From IMG/VR virus record IMGVR_UViG_3300028837_003734, positions 12,070 to 76,069 of that record: a stretch of 64,000 bases of DNA; one strand, written 5' to 3'. Under the pieces are notes generated by a model. That model made no database searches, was not told the origin of the DNA, and saw only the letters and a list, made by a program, of their open reading frames with translations. Numbering within the stretch: position 1 is the stretch's first letter; every line of letters begins with the position of its first letter. Shown one piece after another: positions 8,543-16,770 of the stretch. Both the position numbers and the translations under genes were made by a program. The stretch is from a virus.

Positions 8543-9475
8543 ATGTATTTTGTTAAATGGTCCATTAAAAAGGAATTAAAGGTCTTTGATCTCGCGAATG
8601 AGAAATCCAAAACCATGGCCCCGAGCGTCGGAGAATTCTCCAAATTTCTGGATAAGATTGAAAAGGAAAATTCCTTCTATTTCGAGGAAGGTGGCGGAGA
8701 CTCCTTTAAACTCTTAGCTAGGAGAAGGGGCCATCAGGTATTTACACTGCCGGGAATCAGAACTAAGGAGTGCCGGGAGAACCTGAAGCTACCAAAAACA
8801 GACAAGAACGACGCTTTTGCCGTAAAACATTTAATTAAGGAGCACCCTGAAGATTTTTATGAATTCAAAGAGCTAGACGAAATGACTGCCCGGATCAGCA
8901 TAATATTCAAAGAGCGTGCTGATACTGAAAAGATTATGGTGGCGACTAAATTAAGGCTGTTCGCTCTAAAGAATAGATTAGAATTGGTGAATCTGAACGG
9001 ATACGAGAAAGAGGCGGTGGAGAAAAAGGAGGCAGTTATCCAGGCCCTAGAAGAAGATTTCGAACTTCAAACTAAACTATTACAAGCAGAAGTAAGGAAA
9101 CATCCTGTCTGGAAGGATTATCTAAAGGGGATAAAGGGAGTCGGACCTGCAGTAGCCGGTGGCCTGATAACCGGTATTAAAAGGGCTTCCCGGTTTAGCG
9201 ATAAGTATGCCCTGAGACATTATGCCGGAATGGTAGCCAAGAAGGGGAATCAGAGATTTAACCACCAATTGAAGAGGGCATTATTTCATTTTGCCGAACA
9301 GGTTATACGACAGAATACTCCGATCTGGCGAAAGCTATATGATGATATGAAGATTTTTTATGGCAATAAACACCCGGATTGGAGTAAAGGCAAGATAAAT
9401 AATTACAGCAAAAAGTTTATAGAAACACGATTCTTGAATGAATTATTCGAAGAGATAAAGATGGTGGAGAGATGA
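8543..9475 (+). CDS. tasR: TasR-like protein (RuvC-like + coiled-coil + Nop domain; IS110-related)
   Basis: FYFEEG and KTDKNDA (IS110-type DEDD), LKGIKGVGPAVAGGLI...RF...ALRHYAG (Nop/IS110 C-terminal domain); no serine loop; embedded in the dual-9-nt array. Confidence 0.8.
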   Translation: MYFVKWSIKKELKVFDLANEKSKTMAPSVGEFSKFLDKIEKENSFYFEEGGGDSFKLLARRRGHQVFTLPGIRTKECRENLKLPKTDKNDAFAVKHLIKEHPEDFYEFKELDEMTARISIIFKERADTEKIMVATKLRLFALKNRLELVNLNGYEKEAVEKKEAVIQALEEDFELQTKLLQAEVRKHPVWKDYLKGIKGVGPAVAGGLITGIKRASRFSDKYALRHYAGMVAKKGNQRFNHQLKRALFHFAEQVIRQNTPIWRKLYDDMKIFYGNKHPDWSKGKINNYSKKFIETRFLNELFEEIKMVER

Positions 9476-9904
9476 TGCTAAAAGCAATGTGCCCTTAGGC
9501 TAGAGTATGATTGCTCATCTCCGATAAAAAAATGGAAAGTTGAAAATGTTAGGATGTAAATGTGAATTAGCATATCATTAATAACTTGTTGCTTTTTGAC
9601 TTTCTAACTGAGGGGCCGGGTTATAAGGAATGTTAGATATTGCATGTAATAAAATATTTACTGCTGGTCTTGTGCCTCCTCATAATCCAGTCTGAGCTAC
9701 TGTAACGGAATAATATAGGGAAGGGATAAGGAAATGAAAATGGTGGAGAGAGGCTGACAATGAGAGGCTGACAATGACGAACTGAGCTGTTGAGATGACG
9801 TTATTTTTAATCTGCTCTAAACAGAATGATATAGGAAAAAAAAGAATAGAGAGATAATGCTACAGATGAAGTGCTTTTAAGCTAATTAGAATATGCTTAT
9901 TTCT
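9466..9904 (+). ncRNA. Downstream continuation of the TIGR-like array
   Basis: Clear units at 9466-9522, 9534-9605 and 9850-9904; degenerate units near 9610-9682 and 9745-9820. Confidence 0.75.
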
Positions 9905-9923
9905 AAGAAAAGGAGGAATAAAT

Positions 9924-10208
9924 ATGTTAACCATCTATAAATATCCGATCCCTGTAGAAGACCATTTCACTTTAGAATTGCCTAAGGATGCTAAAATACT
10001 GACGGTCCAAACTCAAAGAGGCGCTCCTTATTTATGGGCAATGGTAGATTCAGAAACAGAAAAGGAAACTAGGTATTTTAGGCTAAGTGGGACCGGTCAT
10101 CCTTTGGGTGAAGATTACCTCAGAATAATTAATTATATAGGAACTTTTCAAATAGAAAATGGGGCATTAGTATTTCATTTGTTCGAGATTAAGAAAGGAG
10201 AATTTTAA
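9924..10208 (+). CDS. Conserved phage hypothetical protein
   Basis: TIYKYP...LP..AKILTVQ.Q...LWA.V...GTGH...YIGTFQ...VFHLFE. Confidence 0.7.
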   Translation: MLTIYKYPIPVEDHFTLELPKDAKILTVQTQRGAPYLWAMVDSETEKETRYFRLSGTGHPLGEDYLRIINYIGTFQIENGALVFHLFEIKKGEF

Positions 10209-10210
10209 AA

Positions 10211-10831
10211 ATGAGCGATTTTTATTGGGGGAAGAAAGAAGAAATACCACCCAAAGAGGACTCGAAGTCTCAGCAGGAAGAGAAAGCCCGTCCGTCTTTT
10301 GTCGAAGTGGTAGAAAATAGGATTTATTTCTATTCTCGTATTGAAACAGAAAAAATATTACAACTTAATAGAAATATATTGAGCATGGGAATTAATTTGC
10401 AACGCGAGGCCACAATTCAAAATCGGGAGCCTGCTAATATCTATCTTCATATCCAAAGTTACGGTGGCAGTATCTTTGCAGGGATGGCGGGAATGGATGA
10501 AATAATTAAGAGCGTTGTTCCTGTCCATACAATGATTGATGGGTGTTGTGCTAGTGCAGCAACCTTCTTGAGCGTTTGTGGAAAAAGGAGATTTATCAAT
10601 CGTCATGCTTATATGCTCATCCATCAACTGAGTTCCTTTATGTGGGGCAAGTATGAGGAGTTTAAGGATGAGATCCAGAATCTGGATAAGATTATGGTGA
10701 TGATAAAGCAAGTCTATAAAGAATATACGCAGATTCCCATGAGCAAACTTGACGGAATATTGAAGCATGACCTTTGGTTTGACGCTGGCCAATGCAAGGA
10801 ATATGGTTTGGTGGATGAAATCATTGTTTAA
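10211..10831 (+). CDS. ClpP-family (S14) serine protease
   Basis: IYLHIQSYGGS, CASAAT (Ser), LIHQ (His), DLWF, YGLVDEI. Confidence 0.9.
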   Translation: MSDFYWGKKEEIPPKEDSKSQQEEKARPSFVEVVENRIYFYSRIETEKILQLNRNILSMGINLQREATIQNREPANIYLHIQSYGGSIFAGMAGMDEIIKSVVPVHTMIDGCCASAATFLSVCGKRRFINRHAYMLIHQLSSFMWGKYEEFKDEIQNLDKIMVMIKQVYKEYTQIPMSKLDGILKHDLWFDAGQCKEYGLVDEIIV

Positions 10832-10877
10832 AATTTGGGGAAGATATTTAAAAAAAAAGAAAAGGAGATTTCTTATC

Positions 10878-11264
10878 ATGGATAAACACTATAGACACGG
10901 AGATATTTTGTTAATTAAAATTGATAAATTACCTGAAAACATAAAATTTAAGGCTGAAGAGGATAAAATAATTCTAAGAGGAGAAGTTACCGGGCATGCT
11001 CACAGATTAAAGGGAAATGCTAAGATATTGGAAGTAGCCGAAAGGATTGCTAATAATCCGATTGGAGTTTGGGATGGGCAGATGCTCGTGGTGAACCCCG
11101 TTACGGCAGAACCAAAATCACAGGTAATAGGCTACGCAATGGTTAAAGAGCCAACAGAATTAATCCATGAAGAGCATAATGCCATAACTTTGCCTGTTGG
11201 AACTTATGAAATTAGGAGACAAAGAGAGTATGATACAGATTATATCAAATTCGTTGAGGACTAG
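10878..11264 (+). CDS. His-rich conserved protein (RHGD...GEVTGHAH...HEEH...RRQREY)
   Basis: Motifs as listed; start at ATG 10878 after SD AGGAG. Confidence 0.75.
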   Translation: MDKHYRHGDILLIKIDKLPENIKFKAEEDKIILRGEVTGHAHRLKGNAKILEVAERIANNPIGVWDGQMLVVNPVTAEPKSQVIGYAMVKEPTELIHEEHNAITLPVGTYEIRRQREYDTDYIKFVED

Positions 11265-12072
11265 ATTAAATTCATGGAAAACTGGGGAGAATGTAAGGCA
11301 TACCGAATATGGGGTCTACTACATACTGGAGGGGAGAGTAAGTGAATCGGATTTAAGATCATCACATTTTAATCCTTATGTTATTGAATTATATTTTGAG
11401 GTGGGAGAGGAAAGATTATGTAGTTATCATATAGGGATACCTCCGATAAATGTGGCAAGTAGAATTCATACCATAATATTTTTTCCCTGGGATATAACTC
11501 TAGGAATTCTAAACAAGAGGAACTTAGCTGAAATCCTCTCCGAGGATATGAGCTTATTTAGTAACTTTCTGGATATAAGATTAATTCTTGGGGAGAGTTT
11601 GAGTTTGGGAAGAGATAGTATTATTTCTCGTGGATTTAAAACTTATCTGGAACGGTATCTCCAGGATATAGAGACGAAAATAAAACTGGAGATGGATTAT
11701 CCTATAACATTTGGGGATATAGAAGGAACAGAAAATCTAGAATTAAGGGAGCAGGCATTAAGGAAATTTGGCTATGGGAACTATATAAGAGAAGGATTTG
11801 AGATGAATAAAATTCAATATATCATTCTTGGAGATGCCACCTTTCAGTATCCTCCTGATTTTTATGGTAGTATTCCAAGAGGGTATTTTAATGACAGAGA
11901 GGATAAAATCATAATCTTAACAGATGGCATAGCATTTTTACAGGTTAAAGATTCTTCAACTGGCAAACGATATTTTCTCAAGGTGCCTCCTGATATGTGT
12001 AGTGTGCAAGAGGCAAAAGCCTGGACCTTTGGATTAGAAAAGGATGAATATGATCCCACGATAGAAACTTAG
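11230..12072 (+). CDS. DUF6745-like protein
   Basis: C-terminal VKDSSTGKRYFLKVPP....QEAKAWTFGL...Y.P..ET. Confidence 0.7.
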   Translation: MIQIISNSLRTRLNSWKTGENVRHTEYGVYYILEGRVSESDLRSSHFNPYVIELYFEVGEERLCSYHIGIPPINVASRIHTIIFFPWDITLGILNKRNLAEILSEDMSLFSNFLDIRLILGESLSLGRDSIISRGFKTYLERYLQDIETKIKLEMDYPITFGDIEGTENLELREQALRKFGYGNYIREGFEMNKIQYIILGDATFQYPPDFYGSIPRGYFNDREDKIIILTDGIAFLQVKDSSTGKRYFLKVPPDMCSVQEAKAWTFGLEKDEYDPTIET

Positions 12073-12085
12073 GAGGAAGTAATAG

Positions 12086-12340
12086 ATGAGAAAACATAGA
12101 CCGGTAAGTGACGAAGAATATAAAGACATTTTACAATGGCTAAACGAAGAAGTAGATATTAGGGCAGTATCACTTTGTGAGGAGCAAATTATAGTGATGA
12201 GGAATACTTTTTCATTCCAGAGATGGCAGTTGAGGAAGGCTTATCGTGAACTTGTGGTAGCCATGAGAGGAACCCGTATAGGTTCTATTTTAATATCGGT
12301 TGTAGAAAGAATTGACAAGATATGTGAAAAAATATTTTAA
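12086..12340 (+). CDS. Hypothetical protein
   Basis: SD AGGAGG. Confidence 0.55.
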   Translation: MRKHRPVSDEEYKDILQWLNEEVDIRAVSLCEEQIIVMRNTFSFQRWQLRKAYRELVVAMRGTRIGSILISVVERIDKICEKIF

Positions 12341-12366
12341 AAAATAGCGATCAGGAGGTTTTTTAA

Positions 12367-12621
12367 TTGAAGGTAAATGAAGTTGAACCTGGACAAATTT
12401 TTACTACTGATAAGACCCTCACCTATCCGAAGCTAAAACTTCATAAGGGATTTATAAGTATGGGGACCCAATATGTTTATTTATGCAGAGGGGACGTTTT
12501 GGCTTGGCCACTATCAGAGACTCAACTTAGAAAGATTATGAATAACTGGAGAATGAGCCAGGAGGAATTTGATAAATATAGGGAGGAGTTAATTAAGAAA
12601 TATGACGTCCTTGAAATGTGA
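12367..12621 (+). CDS. Hypothetical protein
   Basis: SD AGGAGGT, TTG start. Confidence 0.55.
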   Translation: MKVNEVEPGQIFTTDKTLTYPKLKLHKGFISMGTQYVYLCRGDVLAWPLSETQLRKIMNNWRMSQEEFDKYREELIKKYDVLEM

Positions 12622-12967
12622 TTACGAAAAGGCTTGGAAGGAAATTGAAGAGATGTTCGGTGATGAAATAGTATATTACGAAGATAAAAAAGTGGGTAAT
12701 ACTGCAGGAAAATTAAAGCTTTACATGAAAGAGATTGAGGGAAGGCATAGGAACATAATAGATATCAGAAGGCGTAGTAATGAAGAGGTAGCCGGGCTTT
12801 TTATGAGGAAGTTCATGAATCTATTTGCCAAATACCTTAATTTGAAGAATAGGTTAGAGGAATTAAATCAAGAAAGTATGGATGAAAAGGAAGAGATCTC
12901 TTATTTTAGACATGAGCTAAATCAGATCTATCAATCTGTTAGGAGGGATATTGAGGAATATAAATAA
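12602..12967 (+). CDS. Hypothetical protein
   Basis: ORF track. Confidence 0.55.
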   Translation: MTSLKCDYEKAWKEIEEMFGDEIVYYEDKKVGNTAGKLKLYMKEIEGRHRNIIDIRRRSNEEVAGLFMRKFMNLFAKYLNLKNRLEELNQESMDEKEEISYFRHELNQIYQSVRRDIEEYK

Positions 12968-12988
12968 AATAAGAAAGGAGGTAAAACG

Positions 12989-13246
12989 ATGATTAAAATA
13001 GGCGATAAAGTAAAAGATACGGTTACAGGACTTGAAGGTATGGTTGTTGCTAAGATTATTTATATGAACGGTTGTATTCAATATGAAATTCAACCTAAAG
13101 GATTAAAGGATGGCAAGATTATCAAGAGTGCATGGATCGATGAAGGACAGCTCATCGTCAAAAGTAGAGCAAAGATGCAAGGGGAGAAAAAAGAGCTCCC
13201 CGGTGGGTCTGGCCATTTACCTGGTGAATTTAGCCATCCAGATTAA
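12989..13246 (+). CDS. SH3/KOW-like phage protein
   Basis: IGDKVKDTVTGLEG.V...YMNGCIQYEIQP...WIDEGQL. Confidence 0.7.
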   Translation: MIKIGDKVKDTVTGLEGMVVAKIIYMNGCIQYEIQPKGLKDGKIIKSAWIDEGQLIVKSRAKMQGEKKELPGGSGHLPGEFSHPD

Positions 13247-13264
13247 GGGGAGGAGAGTAATCAA

Positions 13265-13498
13265 ATGGGTATTGAAGGACTGAACGGTAGTGAAAAATTA
13301 CATAGGTTAGGGAATAAAAATAGGATGACGGATTATAATTTGCAATGTGTTAATTGCAGAAAAGAACGAAATATAAATTTAGTAGCACATCGAAATGACA
13401 AAGGATATATTACCGGATTTGTGATAGTTTGTAATGATTGTCTTAGGCTATTAGAGAAATTAAATAAAGCGGTTAAGATAGTTATAGAGAATGAATAA
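13265..13498 (+). CDS. Zinc-ribbon hypothetical protein
   Basis: CVNC...CNDC. Confidence 0.55.
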   Translation: MGIEGLNGSEKLHRLGNKNRMTDYNLQCVNCRKERNINLVAHRNDKGYITGFVIVCNDCLRLLEKLNKAVKIVIENE

Positions 13499-13524
13499 TT
13501 AAAACTAAAGAGGAAGGTGATTAA

Positions 13525-13677
13525 ATGAAATTAAAGATAGGCGAAGAAAAAATTAAAGGATTCAGCAATCCGGTTAAAAAAGCAGAGAGAACTAACGATT
13601 GGTGTTGGTGGACTTTGTTTGGTGCAGTAGTGTTTATGATAATTTTGGTGATATTAAAAATGCTGGGGAAGATATGA
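13525..13677 (+). CDS. 50-aa membrane protein
   Basis: SD AGGTGA; C-terminal hydrophobic helix. Confidence 0.55.
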   Translation: MKLKIGEEKIKGFSNPVKKAERTNDWCWWTLFGAVVFMIILVILKMLGKI

Positions 13678-14000
13678 TAAATGACAATTTAAAAACTCAA
13701 ATAGGTGAATATTGTTATCTGGTACAAAGAGGAAAACCTTCTGCAATGCTGCCAGTGCAAAATAGATATGTCAATGAAGCAATGGAAATTGTAGAGGGAT
13801 ATAAAGATTTATATTATATTAACAAATATCTTTCAGATGGCTGGAGGGAATTTTGGATTTATAGAAAAACATTTATGTCGGAGGTAATAAAAAATTTACC
13901 GGAAAAGCCGAAGACGATATATGATCATTGGATTATAGGTAAAGCTTTTGGCTACTCAGACGAGGCAATTGAAGAATATATTAATAAGGAGCAATTATGA
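13674..14000 (+). CDS. Hypothetical protein (GKP.A...GKAFGYS..AI..Y)
   Basis: ATGA coupling at 13674. Confidence 0.6.
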   Translation: MINDNLKTQIGEYCYLVQRGKPSAMLPVQNRYVNEAMEIVEGYKDLYYINKYLSDGWREFWIYRKTFMSEVIKNLPEKPKTIYDHWIIGKAFGYSDEAIEEYINKEQL

Positions 14001-14039
14001 TGCACATATTTGTGATGGCATTCGAAAGAAAAGGAAAAA

Positions 14040-14990
14040 ATAAAATTGATGAAAATTAAATAACAATATAATGCTCCTGCAAGAGCATTAGAATGTTATT
14101 AAAAATTGATGAAAAATAAAGATATGCCTAAAAATGAAGTTCTGTAATGCTTATTATGTAAGGCTTTCGGAGTGCAAAAAACAAAATTAATTGTACCTCT
14201 AGAAAAAAGACTAAAAATATTGAAACGAAACGCTAAAAAAGTATAAAAAAAGAGAAGTACAATTTGGGTTTGTAAGGGGTCAAACGCAGTGCTCAAAAAT
14301 ATCTTATTTTATTTTTAAGGAAAAAAACAGCATTAAAAATGACCTCTGCAAAACTCTAATCTACACCTTAAAAAAAAAAAAAACGAAATTCGGAAAATCA
14401 CAAAAAAATGAGCATTAGAATCGAGTCTTGCAAAAACAAGATCTAATGCTCCAAAATCTCTTAAAAATATTTTAAGGAAAATCTGAGCATTAGAAATGAG
14501 TCTTGCAGAACCGAAATGTAGTGCTCTAAAAATGCTAAAAATAAAAATAGGGATTTTTCGAGAGATAGAAATAGCCACCTGCAAAACCGAATTCTAGATC
14601 TCTTTTTTTTCCCGGAAACTAAATTTAAAAATTCTGAAAACGAAAGACGTTTTTTAACCTCTTGCAGGAGCATTAGAAAGACGATAGAAAAAGCACGAAA
14701 AATAAAATAAGGGAATTTCTGCGGGTGCTGAAACGCTTATAAATAAAGAGTTACAAGACACTAAAAAAGGTTTTAATTGTACTTCTCTAAAACTACGCCA
14801 AAAATAAAATAACTAACGGTAAAAATGAAGGTAAAAAAGAGATGTAGGTTTTGGGTCTGCAAGGGGTCAAATGCAATGCTCGAAAAAACCTTAAAATATT
14901 TTTAAGGAAAAAAAGAGAAGTAGTTTTACTGTTTGCGAATGACAGAATGTTGCTGCCCAAAATATTGTAAAAATAAAATAAGAAAATTTG
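14040..14990. repeat. Non-coding array of 42-43-bp imperfect palindromes centred on TGCA, with A-tract spacers
   Basis: Example GAGCATTAGA-N9-TGCA-N9-TCTAATGCTC at 14410; related units at 14252, 14328, 14485, 14560, 14839 and 14915. Confidence 0.75.
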
Positions 14991-15003
14991 GGAGAAAAAG
15001 TAT

Positions 15004-15879
15004 TTGAAAATTGGCATTTTTGATATTGATAGCAAATATCATAATTTAGCTTTGATGAAATTATCAGCATGGCATAAGAATTTTGGGGATCATACGGAAA
15101 TATATTTGCCATTAATGAAAAAAACTTATGATAAGGTTTATGTTTCAAAGATATTTTCAAAGGGAAATATTAAAGAAGAATATATTCCTGAAAATGCTAT
15201 TATCGGCGGATCGGGTTTTAATCTAAAAACTGTTTTACCTTATGATATGGAACATATTAAGCCAGATTATTCTCTTTATAATCTTGATTATTCTCTGGGC
15301 TTTACTACCCGGGGCTGTATAAGAAATTGCAAATTTTGTATTGTAAGGGAAAAGGAAGGCTACATAAAGGAACACGCAGAAGTGGAGGAATTTTTAAATT
15401 CTAAATCAAATGTAGTGGTTCTGTTGGATAATAACTTTTTAGCCTTACCGAGCCATATTAAAAAATTAAAAAAATATATAGATAAGGGCTGGATAATGGA
15501 TTTTAACCAGGGGCTGGATATAAGATTGATTAATGAAGAGAATGCTGAATTGCTGGCCAGAGTGAAACATCTAAAGCAAATACATTTTGCCTGGGACCTG
15601 ATGGATTATGAAAAAGAAGTAAAAGAAGGATTAAAAATATTATTTAAAGCAAGAGTCAAGCCGTATAGGATAATGGTATATATCTTATGCAACTACAATA
15701 CTAATTTTAAAGAAGATATGTATCGGTTTGAAGAATTAATCAATTTAGGCATAGATCCCTTTATAATGATTTATGAAAATGGGAATAAAAAAATAAGAGA
15801 CTTTGCCCGGTGGGTAAATAAGAGATTATATAAGGTTTGCGATTGGGATAATTATAAAAGGAGCAGTGATAATAAATGA
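15004..15879 (+). CDS. Radical SAM protein
   Basis: TTRGCIRNCKFC (CxxxCxxC), DNNF, DFNQGLDIR. Confidence 0.85.
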   Translation: MKIGIFDIDSKYHNLALMKLSAWHKNFGDHTEIYLPLMKKTYDKVYVSKIFSKGNIKEEYIPENAIIGGSGFNLKTVLPYDMEHIKPDYSLYNLDYSLGFTTRGCIRNCKFCIVREKEGYIKEHAEVEEFLNSKSNVVVLLDNNFLALPSHIKKLKKYIDKGWIMDFNQGLDIRLINEENAELLARVKHLKQIHFAWDLMDYEKEVKEGLKILFKARVKPYRIMVYILCNYNTNFKEDMYRFEELINLGIDPFIMIYENGNKKIRDFARWVNKRLYKVCDWDNYKRSSDNK

Positions 15880-16122
15880 ATCTTATTAAATGGTTAAAAA
15901 TAAATAGCGATATAAAATTAGGAAAACTTAAAAACAGGGATTAAAAAGGATGATGTAATAGTAATTGAATCTGTATCTCCTATTGGAGATTATATTAAAA
16001 AAAATTTTGTAGATCAGTGGCGTAAGATATTTCCGGATAATCTCATTATATTCCTTGCCGGAGATGTTAATTTAGAATATCTGGATGAGAAAGAAATGAA
16101 TAGAGCTGGATGGTATAGATAA
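15876..16122 (+). pseudogene. Frameshifted small hypothetical gene
   Basis: MNLIKW... stops after 22 aa; the +1 frame continues IKKDDVIVI...EMNRAGWYR to a TAA abutting the next ATG. Confidence 0.45.
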
Positions 16123-16559
16123 TGAGGAATGTAGCGAGGGGCGGTTACCGGGAAGATTTAAAACAATATTTCAGGTCAAAGATGGAGGCTAATATTTGCA
16201 GGTATTATAAACTTACTGAGATCGACTATATCTATGAACCGAAAGAATTTGAATTTAAGACCATTAAACGTGGTAATCGATATTATAAACCAGATTTTTA
16301 TTTACCTATAATAGATTTATGGGTAGAATGTAAGGGATGGTTTCGACCAGAAGATAAAACTAAACTTAGACGATTCAAGAAATATTATCCAAAATTATTC
16401 AAGAAATTAAGATTTATAATACCGGATAAATATTCAAGAAGTAAATCAAATGGTGAGATGATTAAATTCTTGTGTGATGATTTAGGAATAGATTTTGATG
16501 ATATAATAAGCTACAAGGAAATAGAAGAGCACGGTAAGCTGATCCCCGGGTGGGAATAA
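16122..16559 (+). CDS. PD-(D/E)XK nuclease
   Basis: FRSKMEAN, YEP, YKPDFYL, VECKG. Confidence 0.8.
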   Translation: MRNVARGGYREDLKQYFRSKMEANICRYYKLTEIDYIYEPKEFEFKTIKRGNRYYKPDFYLPIIDLWVECKGWFRPEDKTKLRRFKKYYPKLFKKLRFIIPDKYSRSKSNGEMIKFLCDDLGIDFDDIISYKEIEEHGKLIPGWE

Positions 16560-16578
16560 TTGGCTAACCCAAATTATG

Positions 16579-16754
16579 AGGCATAGGTAGTTCCTAAAAA
16601 ATACATTGGCGTAAATTACTACCCGCCTTTAAAATCATAAGGCATAAGTGGTTCCTATAAACAATTCTGAACAATTGAAATTACCACTCGCCTTAATTAA
16701 AAAACATAGGGCATAGGCAGTTCCTATAATTCAGGTTTGATTTACTGCCCGCCC
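16579..16754 (+). ncRNA. Three tandem covarying hairpins with variable loops
   Basis: GGCATA-stem-TCCTA-variable-stem'-CGCC at 16579, 16639 and 16709. Confidence 0.8.
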
Positions 16755-16770
16755 GAAAAAGGAGGTAAAA

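Noticed and set aside
8543-9475. IS110/IS1111 transposase as a mobile element
   Set aside because: Lacks the catalytic Ser loop and first Asp; flanked by many dual-9-nt units rather than a single bridge RNA
14099-15160. Several minus-strand Phe-rich ORFs
   Set aside because: By-products of A-tracts in the non-coding repeat region
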